This document shows positions 12,087-25,000 of a stretch of 64,000 nt of DNA, piece after piece. The position numbers and the translations under genes were made by a program. The notes beneath the pieces are model-generated. The model was not told the origin of the DNA and did not search any database. It saw nothing but the letters and a program-made list of their open reading frames with translations. Position 1 is the stretch's first letter. Each line of letters begins with the position of its first letter. Source of the stretch: Balanoglossus misakiensis (lineage: Eukaryota; Animalia; Hemichordata); assembly GCA_040954595.2 (NCBI GenBank), contig CM082583.2, positions 4,207,374 to 4,271,373 of the forward strand, given 5' to 3'.

Positions 12087-15000
12087 TACATACATACATA
12101 CATACATACATACATACATACATACATACATACATACATACATACATACATACATACATACATACATACATACATACATACATACATACATACATACATA
12201 CATACATACATACATACATACATACAGACAGACATACAGACATACAGACACACACACATACATGCACGCGCTGAAGGACGGACAGACAGACATGTTGTAC
12301 CTCATTTGAATACAAGTTTGCATAATAATATAGTATGCGTACATGCCTTCTTCTTTCCCTTTGTTTTCAGGTAAAATCGTTTCAGACAGGATAGAAACTC
12401 CGCCATCTCCCGATGTGCGCGTGTTGGAGTCGCATATGTTAATAACGTGGCAACAGCGCTTGTACAGAGAAGACCCCGTCGTGTCATACAAAGTGGAGTA
12501 CAGGGTCGCCAGGGACTACGGGCGATATTCAGACTGGACCCTGTACGCGACTATGGCCCAGAGCAACGAGACATCGGTGATATTTCCCTATGAGTCAGAC
12601 GACAACGCCTTTTATATATTCCGCATCACGGCTGTCCACCAACAAGGGATCGAGGTGATGGGGCAGTCAACGGATGCAGTCAAAATTCCAGGTAATGTTC
12701 CTCCTCATAAAAGCTGAAAAATAATCCTGTGTTGCGCGTGCAATGGCATTACCTTCATGGTTTCGTTTTAATGCTTTGTTTTTGTTCATTTCAACGTTTG
12801 GAAGAAATAAAGGTGTTCTTGTATAATTATAATACATTATAGGGAAATAAACGTAGGGGACTACCCAGATACAGTACATGGTTATCATATTCCATAGCCT
12901 TATATGTAGATCTTTCAGAAACACTGTTGCAATGTTGTCATTTAATTTTCTTGAAATTTTCACAAAATGTGCCAAAAGAGGAGCTATATTTAAAGACATG
13001 AAGAATACACTATGTCACCGCGCTTGATTTTTTGATAGAGCTGGTCACATGTTTCCACCATAGGAAAACTATACAGCTCGAGGAGAGCTAGACAATTTCC
13101 GACTCAATATTTTCCACGTTATTTTTAGATCTTCTAGTTAAAAATGCAGGATGCATGGAAACACCTATTTTCTCTCAATGTTTGTGGTTAAAATTCATTG
13201 ATCTACAATAAATATATATTACTCAGGAAAATGGTTATATTTTCAATTTACAGTAGACTCCCACCTTTATTATAAATGTTTCCTTGTGGTTTGATTTGAT
13301 TATACTAGGTACCCCACAGCAACCGGGAAACCTCCGCGTGCAAATTGTCCAAGGCAATTCCATCACACTTGCCTGGGACACGCCGCAAGAAGACGCATCC
13401 TTTGGCGGCGAAGTGCTCGGCTACATCGTTCAGATGATGAAATTCGGACATACGGACTGGGTGACGTACGCCGACTCCGACTTCGTTGAGAACACCATCA
13501 GAGTAATGGATTTGGAATTCACCAGTATCTATCGATTCCGAGTGGCGGCCAGAAACAGGCTGGGCATCGGTCCTTGGTCCAACGAGGAATCACATCTTTT
13601 AACAGGTAAGGTTTTGCCAGCCACTGTTGGAAATATTCTTCCAGATCAGCGCCAGTGTTTAATAAACGATAAACATCGGGCTTTGCGCGCGGTGCAGTGG
13701 ATAGCCGAAATCTTGTCAACGTATGAGAGGTAACACTCCATTGAGTGTATCATGATCGTTTAACACGAAATTTTGAGTTCAGAAGATATTTTTACACCGT
13801 AAGCCAAATAAAAAATATGTGCTGTTCCGATAACATGGTTTTCAAAAATAGGGTAGGTAGGTAGGGATTTCTTTTATTTTGCATTTTTTATATGTTTGGC
13901 CACTGTAGTGTAGAACAGTGACGTCATAGTTCTTGCGTGTGATTCTCGCAGTTTTCATAAATTTTGTATATTTGCCATCGTTATTTTACTTCCGGTTTAC
14001 GAAGCTCAGAAAAGTTTAGGGTCCGCGGGTTAAAATTAGGGTAGGTCGGGAATTCGGAACAGCCTATATTTTTTTATTTGGCCTAATGCTCGTAATCTAT
14101 ATACGTGTATATGCCAATAATGAACAAATTAACCGTCAGTATCGCCACATGTGTAAGAAGTGAACATGCACCTTTATTTATAAGTCTTTGGACTTTTCCT
14201 GTTTGGGGGGATTTTATTAACACAAACGTTGCAATCTGGCAGATTCCTTGGAATGTTTCAACAACGATGACGCCTCAGATTATCGAGGTAGCCAATCTGA
14301 AACGATTGATGGATACGACTGCATCAAGTGGACTGACATTGATCCTGAGACTACTCCGCTTCACATTACGTCATCCTATGAACTCACTATCGAAGAGATC
14401 ATTGCGGTAAGCATTTCGATTTGGCACTTGACGACCCTTGTTATTTTCGCAAAAGGCCAATCGAATCTTCGCGGCAAAGTCTTGGAAATATCTCTGTAGT
14501 CTCTTAGAAGCGCCCAATCCAATATTTAATTAAAGCTGCAAGCAGCATTGAAGGGGCCCAAGCATAGAGTTAATAACCATTAGAATCCATTCAGGGTTGT
14601 ACCATTCAAATGCGTAGGCTGTATTTGCTCTCGATGTTGAGATATAGGAAAGTAGGCAACCACCCGAAATGCATGTCCTACAAGTACAAACACAACAAAC
14701 AAAGGTGAACTTCTCCGTTGTAAATACCATACTTCAGTAAGTACTTCAAAGGCCAGGTGAGGGTACTCAAAAATTGGACCAAAAATTAGGATTCTTATTT
14801 GGTTCATATTCAAGACAACGGAAAATACTCGCCCTTTGGGTTGGTCAAATTATATATGGCCATAATAATGAGTTTCGCAAGTAAGTTACAGGTGGCCCCA
14901 GGAATTTAGCATTTCATGACGCAAAGGGTCCTACCCTACCCCTCCAAACACCTGGCTATATATGATGTGCATGCTAACATATGGAAAGCAGGTCAATGGA

Positions 15001-18000
15001 CACCTGAGGTCTCCCTAATTTTTGTCAAAAAATTTTCATTCCTGCTTATGTCATGTGCAACAAATCCTACATTTGCAGCCCTTTCACTTTGCCTACCATT
15101 AGGTATGCACGTAATACATGAATCAAGCAGGTGTCACAGGTATCCCCCTGTATTTGGCATTTTATGATAGTTTCATCCCTCCAAATACCAAAGCTGCACC
15201 TGTACAACGTGCTGAGATATGGCACTGTACGACAGAGGTCATCCAAATCACCTTATACATTTGGGCAAAAACCAACTGACACTTACATTCGTCCCTGTGG
15301 AACAAAAACCACACATATCGCCCTGTTGGTTAGTGTCCAATTAAATGTACAAAATCAATGACTTAGGCAGGTGCAACAGGTGACCCCGCCTTTGGTATAT
15401 CATTATGGTCCCATCCGTATATCCCCACCCCCACCCCCCCCCCACCACGCCAAAGCTGCATGCATCTGCTGTTATTCACTAAGCAAAAGTAGGTGAAATG
15501 TCACATAAGGTCGCCCACAACTTGACAGGAAAATCGGACTTCGTATTGATCCATGTGCAACAAATACCACGCTAGCACCCCTTTCATTGACCCCACAATT
15601 ACACATGCACATAATAGAGTTACGCAGGTGTCACAGGTGACCCCCCGAATCGGGCGTATTATTTTGGTCCCATACAGCTGCATGAAGCTGCGTGCCATTA
15701 CGGGGGACCTGATAACCCCCACGGCCACCTGCGGGCCGAACCCAATACTGAACGTCCAGTTGCAACGTCACGACTGAAGTAGGAACTTTTGAACGGCAAT
15801 GAAGCCTGATCTCTGATGGTACTATACTCCCTTCGTGCAAGAAAATCACTGGTCTGCTTACGTATTTAGGCCAATTTCCCGAACTACTATCCACTACATG
15901 TGACTACCATGCTAATGATGAAACCTCCTACAACATTAGCGACTGAGGGTCAAAGTCCGCTGCCACATTACATTGAATGTTAACCAGTGTAGCCGGGTCT
16001 GCGTAGACACATTTGAACGGCAACAGCTAACAAACTCAGCGTAATTCAATAAAACGCCCTAACACAGCCTGAACTCCGATAATGTGTTGTCCCAAAATTC
16101 ATTCCGTGGAAAATAATCACTGGTCTGTTTACGTATTCCAGCCGATTTTTTCAAGGACTAGTGCAACCCGCCTGCTAATGAGATCTCCACAACATTACGT
16201 AATGACGTTCAAAGTCCGATGCCCCAGTGTTCGTCCTCAGCCCACCAAAAAATGCGAAAAATATTACAAAAATCTTCTTCTCAAGATCGACGTGGCCTAG
16301 GACCTTGCAATTTTGCATAGGGGATTTTGGCCACATGGTCTACAAAAATCGCGAAAAGAATGTACATGCCCCCATTAACGTGCAAATTAGGTCAATTTGA
16401 AAATTTCGCTCGATTATAGCCACCAAGTCACGTGACTAATTACAAATTTAAAGGGCAGGTGCACCAGTACTCATGGGCCCCAATCACCGTGCCAAATTTC
16501 AAGGTCCTAGGCCACGTCGATTTTGAGAAAAACGGGAGCAAAAAAACGACTCAAGAAGAAAGAAGAAATATAGCTGCAAGCAGCGATGACGGGCACAAGC
16601 TTAAGCTGAAGGTCAAAGGTCATATGTGGTCACCCAAAATTTGGGCAAAAAGTTCGATCCATCCAAACACAAATGCTGTACCTGTTCTGGATGCCAAGAT
16701 ATAGGAAAGTAGGTCAAAGGTCACCTGAGGTCACCCAAAATTGGGCAAGAAATTTTAATCCCATACTGGTCCATGTTCAACAAAAATCAAACCTCTAGCT
16801 CTATTGGCTAGCCTGGAATTAGGTATGCACATAATTAATGAGGTAAAGTGTAAGGCTCCATTAGGAGTTCCATCCCTCCAAATGCCAAGGCTGTATCTGC
16901 TCTGGTTGCCGAGATATGGTAAAGTAGGTCAAAGGTCACCTGAGGTCACCCAAAATTTTGGCAAGAAATTTTATCCCATAGTGGTCCATGTTCAACGAAA
17001 ATCAAACCTCTAGCCCTATTGGTTAGCCTGGAATTAGGTATGCGCATAATTAATGAGATAAGCAGGTGTCACAGGTGACCCCAAATTTTGGCTTTTCAAT
17101 TATAGTCCCAACCCTCCAAACTCAAAGTCTGTACCTGCTCTGGATGACGAGATATAGGAAAGTAGGTCAAAGGTCACCTGAGGTCATGCAAAATTTGGGC
17201 AAGAAATTTTGACCCTATAATGGTCCATGTCCCACAAGCACGAAACCTCTAGCCCTATTAGTTAGCCCAGAATTAGGTATGCACATAATTAATGAGTTAA
17301 GCAGGTGTTACAGGTGAGCCCAAAATTCTGCCTTTTATTTTGGTCCCATTCTGCTCACTGCCAATAGACTGTCACTGTACAGGACCATTGCACAGATGTG
17401 GGAATAGCATCACACCTTAACTAAAGACAGTATAGGCTCATGGGTACAAAAAATATGAAATATAATATTTAAAAATCTTCTTCTCAAACTTGACTTGGCC
17501 CAGGGCCTTGAAATTTGGCATGTAGGACACTGAGCACATGGTCTGCTAAAATCGCTAAAAGAATTTAGATATCTCCATTACTATGCAAATAAGGCCCATT
17601 TGAAAACTTTGCCCATATATGGTCATCAGGTCATGTGACTAATTACACATTCACGAGGGTACTGCACGAGCTCTCATAGACCTGCACCATTGTGCCAAGT
17701 TTGAGATTTGTAGGTTCAGCCGTTTTCAAGATCTACCTGAGCAAAAAAACTACACAAGAAAAAAAAAAAAAGATGAAAAACCCCAGTAATACCAATAGGG
17801 CACAAGCCTGCTTGGCTTGTGCCCTAAAAACTCCAGCAATAACAGAAGGGGACCAAGCGCCTGAGGGCGCTTGGTCCCCTAAAAATGTCTGCAAATGTCA
17901 CTGAGCAACATAGACAAGACTTGCACAATAAGACCAAATGAATGAACATACGCATCACAATATAGACATTATCTGTGTCAGTTTTACGTTACAGCAACCA

Positions 18001-21000
18001 CCAGTCTTGTATAATGAATACATTGGATGTATATTCCCAGACAGTTTGAAATGCACCAATGCCTCCGAGCTCTTGAAACCACAGTGAAAAGTATCCGCGC
18101 ATATTTGTCTATTTTGCAAATTATATCACAATACTCATACTTCTTTCATTTCGCTGTCGTTGTACTCCCATTTCGTTGGTGCAATCACTTGCAGGTCGAC
18201 GCACATCTTCAAATTCTTGTTGTTGCATTTCAATGTATTTTTGTGGATTTTGTTTGTTCTCCTCGACTTTTTCGAACGCATGGACATAAATGGCTGTACA
18301 AGCAGCAGGCGCCTGCGGTATAGGTCTCTGCGTACAGGTCTGTGTGTTCCCAGCGTTACACGGCCTCAACCATATCCCTGCAAGGTTCTATAGACCAAAT
18401 TGGCGCGTCTGCAGTTCGGATCGGGACCGTAGCTTTTCAGTCGAAATTCAATTTCATCGTGGCAAAATCCTTTTCCTGACTAAATACCTCTTCCCTCTAA
18501 CCGACCCAAGAAATGATGCGATTAATTTCGCCTATCTTCCGAACCGCTCGATTTCTGAAACGTGTGTTTTCACCCCATGGATATGAACTCGTTGTATTCA
18601 ATATGGCGATCGTGTAAACCAGCAATCGATTTGATTTTCAGCGCTCTGATGTCTTCGCGTACAATCCTGAAAGTTCGCCCTCACAAGGTATAGGGGAACA
18701 CAATTTCTGCCGAAATCCTCGAGGGGTGGCAGAGCGTGCTTGGTGTTACGCCACATTGGATGCTGTGCAGAAGGAGTGTGACGTCGGAACCCCGTCGCAG
18801 GATCCTTGCCCAAGCAGTAGGTCGCATGTCGTCGTAGGTTCAGTAGTAGATTCTCTCACAGCCCACGGTTCGCTACAAGGCTCTTCACTGACGCGCCCTT
18901 AACCACACATGCAATCAGACTATTCTAAGCCTGCATGGACGGCGAGAGGGGCTGTGAGAGAGTCTAGTTTTAAGTAGTTGCTGTTTTGCGATCCGATCCA
19001 CCGCTACAGCGAAAAGTTACATTTACAGCATCGCTTTCAATCATTGTATTTTGCCGCTATATTTATGCGTTCTCTCGTTTGATCTCTGAAATTCTTATTC
19101 CACAATCTTCTCGGCCATGTTGTGCTTCGACACACATCTATAATAAATTGATTTCAGTAGAATACTAACAAGTCATTCCCAATCGAAAAGTAAATTCATA
19201 TGAAGTCTATGATATTCTCCGTAACAATTTAATAGGACTGTCGATGTTTGTTTTAATTTGTCCCCGAGGGGCATACTACCCTAACGCCATAGTTTTATCA
19301 TCATTGCAGAGTGTGCGCCGGGGTTAATGCTGTCAAGCACTGGTACACGTGACTGTGGTAAGTGTTGCTAAAGCTTGTGCTCTATTAATCCGTGGTTACT
19401 GAACCCATTTTATGAAACGTGCTAATATGGAACTGTATAACAGAGAAGAGTTGCACTGAAAGACAGTTTTATGAGTTTCACGACAATTTATCGCAAATTT
19501 GCACATTTTTAGTCTTTACCAAAGCACGTACACGTGAGCATATTCAGTTCATATCTGGTTAATTAATGTACATTGTCGTGAGGGCGTGGGGTAATCTTCT
19601 TTTGTATTTTGTACCTAGTACCTGATGATGAATCACGTGTATACAGTAAGGTGCCTTTAACAAACGGAGAGATCTGCACATGCTCGTTTCAAGCGAAAAC
19701 CACTGGGGAATACCTAAAACCCCAATCCTACTTGGGTTGGACGTACGCATGCGCCCATGCAGTGAGCCAGAGCTCAAGACCTCTGATAGAAAATATCTTT
19801 AGCATGGACGCCGATGTCTGCTACCACGAATGTATACAAAGGTAAAATTTAGAATGTCTGTAATTAATGATTTAGCCCTTTTTTGTCCTAAGCATCGGGA
19901 TCAGTTAGAAGGTATTGTTATTTTCAATATGCCCTTCCTCAATATCAAACTTTATTTCAGCATGAGCTGGTTGTGTCCTGGTCTCCATTATGTATCTACC
20001 AATCAATGTTAACATTGTGACCAATTTATATAATGAAATGAAATTTGTCATGGGAGCCGGGTCATCTATGGGTGACATTTAACACCAAAGGCCGATTTGC
20101 AGTGTGTGGCCGACGTCACAACTATTCAGTCCACTGTACATCCTGCTCGTCTCTTATGAAACACTGCGTGGTATGTACTCAGTCTTATTTTCGTTCCACT
20201 TTTGAAGCGATGGCTGCGAGGCCTTCGCCTACTCCACGAATGGATTCAACGAGACCATGTACATCAACCAGACCAACCTCCGACTCTGCACGCTGTTCAG
20301 CAACCTCCACCGTCCGGTTGAAATCCAGAAAGCGGACGTGTGGACCAGGCACCTTTCCCAAGAGATACCGGACGACAATTACATTCTGTCGTGGGGCTGC
20401 TGGTCAGCTTTGGATCCGAGGAACCCCTCTGAAATCTGGGAAGGTGTCAACACACAGAACTTTTTGGTTTTCGATGACGTAGGTAAGCGATAGCATTCAG
20501 TGACGTAATGGTGAACTAAGGTATACTGATGACTACCCAGATGCAGTGCGTATAGTTATCACATTCCACAGCCTAGCATGTACAATGTCGAGATAACAGT
20601 CTTAAAATCTTGCCATGCTCTTGAAATTTTCACAAAAAGTACCAAATGAGGAGTATTATTAAATGTTCTAAAGAACACTATGTCCCCGCGCTTGATTTGC
20701 ACATGCATATTGTACGCCGCATCGAGTAATTTTAAAAATGCAAATGATTCGTGACTGAAATGTCTCACGTCAATGGCCCAATACTTCAGCCTGTCAACAA
20801 GATTATTTGTGGTTTTCGTTGATATCGAACTAGCCAAACCCTCTCAACAAACCAAAACAGGTTCATATCTTCACTACAACGTCAAAAATTCAAATCTGAA
20901 CCAAAAATGTCTTTCTTTCTTGTTTGTTTTTAGCCTACAAGAATTACACCATTAATATAACCATTTCCATGGCACCAGACTCAGGCATGTATATTTCTAT

Positions 21001-21913
21001 AATAATCATCGGAACCAGCAATGTGACAGATCCCATCAGCCTCAACGTGGAGAACGGGGAGAATTCTTTCCTTGTATCCCACATCAACGTTGGATTCATC
21101 ACCACACTCAAAGTGGTCGGACAGATCGGCCAGCCAATAACCGTGGAGCAGGTCAGTATATGGCTTGGTCAGTTTGCTGTGTAATAACATTGCTCTAGCT
21201 GTTGGTTCATTCTTTGCATGTTCTACCGTGTCCAACCTATGCCAAAAATAACCACACGCGGCGCTCTCCACTCATTTCAAATTTCAGATTTTCATTGAAG
21301 TGGACACGTTCACTATCACCTTTGAAGGTGACTGGTGCGGTGATGGAGACTACATTCGCAATCCAAAGGAATGCCCACAGAGGGCGTGCGTTGGAGGACC
21401 AGCGGCGAGCACACGTCTGTTAAGACCAGGTAAGATGAATTTGAATGTTGAATGTCATTTGCGTTATCTTCTATACACGTACGAATATATTAAGCAGCTG
21501 TATGAGCTACCTAGGGTATAATATTTCAATATTGTAAACGTCCGCAATCATAACCAGTAATTTCTTGTCGCATACAGCTCAGATGACCGTGTTTGCCAAG
21601 TTCCACGGCTTCGCCTGTTCGTTCGTCGGATACACGGGATCGTCATCTGAGGCGTTCTTCGGTTGGTGCCCTCTCACCCCAAGGGTGATATCCGTCGGTC
21701 TTCCGCAAGTCTGGCCTGATCATTTCGTTGCGTTGTTGAACAAAGAGGATACGAATAGGCAGAGGCGCGCCGCTGAAGAAGGTAAATTTGGCGTTTTAAT
21801 ATGTCAATGACTGTGAGGAATGATGTCTATTGAGTTTGAATTGGGATTAAGTATTCAAATATATTTCGATGATATCCTGAGAGTGCTTGCAAGTTTGATT
21901 CTGTCTGTCTGTC

Positions 21914-22006
<93 letters not shown>

Positions 22007-22007
22007 A

Positions 22008-22042
<35 letters not shown>

Positions 22043-25000
22043 ATGTATGTATGTATGTATGTATGTATGTATGTATGTATGTATGTATGTATGTATGTAT
22101 GTATGTATGTATGTATGTATTTATGTATGTATGTATGTATGTATGTATGTATGTATGTATGTATGTATGTATGTATGTATGTATGTATGTATGTATGTAT
22201 GTATGTATGTATGTATGTATGTATGTATGTATGTATGTATGTATGTATGTATGTATGTATGTATGTATGTATGTATATGTCTATCTCTCTGTGTGTGTCT
22301 GCCTGCCTATCTAACCACGGGGTTTTAAACACTTCAATGAGACGAACCAGCATACGTCAAAAGAGTCTTTGTTGAGAGAAGTGTTCGCGGCCACATTTTC
22401 ACTCGCATGTTTGTCAATCCCTTACAGAAAACGGAGAAAAGTACTTCATCTACGAAGAAGAGAAAACGTGGCACGACGCAGTGGACACCTGTTTGCAGAA
22501 CGGCCAGGTTCTCGTCAAGATACCCAGTGACACCATCCTTCAAGAGGTCAAAGAACTAGTCGTCGGTAGCACGAGTCTCTATTCAGACTTCTGGATCAAT
22601 GGCTACAACTCGGGCTCATTGAACTGGAAGACACACGACAAACAGCCCCTACCGCCCTTCGAGCCGAGACCTTGGGAAGCGGGCGAGCCAAATTTATCTG
22701 GAAAGTGCCTACAGTTATGGTATGCGTATCCCACCCTACTATTCACATTGATCTCGTTTGTTAAAGCGCGGTATATTGCGCATTATTATTTTCCGTCAGA
22801 TCTTTATTCTCTCTATCTATCATCAACATGCTTAAATTAGATGTAAATATAGCAGTTGCTAAGTTTTCACATGAATTATATGGATAAATTCAACCGTACA
22901 AATGATGCATTGGGTGGTGTGCCTAAGTATAACCTCAAATGACGATTTCGGCGTCTGGGAATTATATAATCACGAATTGAACACGATAAAGATGTACAGG
23001 GATACAAATATATTTAAAATATCGTAGTAACGTCAGATTAACCAGATAAACAGTTTGCTTCTAAACTAAGGGATGGATTTAAAGCGGGTGCGTAGTTTGA
23101 AAATATCTATGTAACACATATACTGAGTTTTTGAGATAAAAGTCACTTGCCCCATTTGTTTTATATTCTTAATTATATCATACCAGTATATTGATGGTGT
23201 AAATCACGCTATTTGATTGGTCGAGACACGACACGTGACCGTGATATATTAGCCATATACCACAGTCATATATCATAGTCAAAGAAAATGCCTTTTTAAA
23301 ATGTTTTACGCAAAGTTTCAATATACTGGCATAATATAATAGCAATAAAACACCCCCAGCCATGGTATACCACTCGATTTTGACCAGTTCAACTCCATAT
23401 ACGCACTCGCTATCGCTCGTGCGTATATGTCGTGAACTGGTCAAAATCTCGTGGTATACCATGGCTGGGGGTGTTTTATTGCTTAATTAGAGCACGCAAT
23501 ACAATATGCGGCACTGGTTAGCATTGGCACGACTTGCACATATTGATCATAAATGATGTGTTTTCTCCTAAGATGTTTATATAAATGTCAAGAACCATGA
23601 TTACGGCATATTCTAACTTATTTACATTTTTATCGAGATATGGTCAAATATTGGCGCCAGTCCGTCGTATTAGATGTTTATGATGTATATCCCATAATAT
23701 CGTGCGTGTTCTCCAGTATCACAGCGGCGCCCTTTTGGTGCCATGTGTTATTGGCATAAATGCTACAAACGTTGCAAACGTAAATCGACACGTGGACCTC
23801 GTGGCAGCCAACTGAACTCGTTTGGCACTTTCGTCGAAATAGGTCTTCACCCGGGGCCGCGGGGTGGCGTGTTGTCTGGTACCGCCTGTTACTTACGTAA
23901 ACAATAGCAACACATTGCATGCAGCTGTTTCTCTGGAGTAGGCTATCCCAGTTCGGACATGCGCAGACTGCAATCATTGCTCGTTCGTCATTGGCCCATC
24001 GTCCGCTCGCACAGGTCGTTGCCGGCTCGACTACAGTCGTTGCGAAAGAAGATGTTATTAGCCTGGTCACAGTCACTCCACTAATTTAGATCAACTAATT
24101 TATTTTATTTGAAAAGGGACTTTCTTCTGCATCCTCAAAAATTGTTTTTGTTTCGGAAACATGAAAAAATGAGTTCTGAATGTAAAAGTGTACTTCAAGG
24201 CAATGTTGTCAAATTTTAAAATCCGAATAATGGTGTGAGTGTGACCATTTTATTGAAACTCGGCAAAAGACTGCGATGAAAAAAACTCATTTTATGTTCA
24301 TTTTTTTTTATTAGGTGGAGAGGTAGTACTGTGTATAAATTTGATGATGACTCCTGTTCCCAAAAGAAGAAATTCATTTGTCAGTCACAAAGTAAGTTCA
24401 GTTCCTTGGAAACGTGTGCCGATTTAAAAGCTGCATAAGCTGTCATGTGTGTCGATATAACAAGTAATGTGTTTTGTGTGTCTACTGCAGTTTCTCTTTG
24501 GAATTCCTGAAACGTGATGTACCGCCCAATATTATTAAAACACAGCATCATCAACATTACGCAAAAGCAAGTACTAGACTAGAATTGAACTTGACTGGCG
24601 TTCATTTGGCAACAATAACAATGGCCGTCACCACATGGCCATCCAAATAAAAATTTGTGCTTGGTCCGTGGCTAAGATTGCAAAGTATACCCCTAACGGA
24701 CTTCGTGAAAAAAAACATGAAACCATATCTGGTTTGCGTGTGATTACAACTAAATTTCTAATGTTTGATTTTATGATTTCCAAGTCTCATTCAGGACGTC
24801 TGAATGCATTTACAATAATGAGAGATACGGCAACTCCGAGTGCGTAGCCATGTTGGACTTCAACATAGAAGACATGAGGAACGAATTCCTGGAAGACAAA
24901 TCCGTGATCGTGGAAGAGGTCATTCTGGCGCTCAATTTCCGTGGAGAGCGCCACCTACGATACCTGGCGCTCGAGGGCATCAGTGAACCCTGGACGAGGA

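Noticed and set aside
24795-24847. CAG acceptor at 24792-24794 for exon 15
   Set aside because: Out of phase with exon 14 and reaches TAG at 24845-24847; the AAG acceptor at 24782-24784 keeps the frame.
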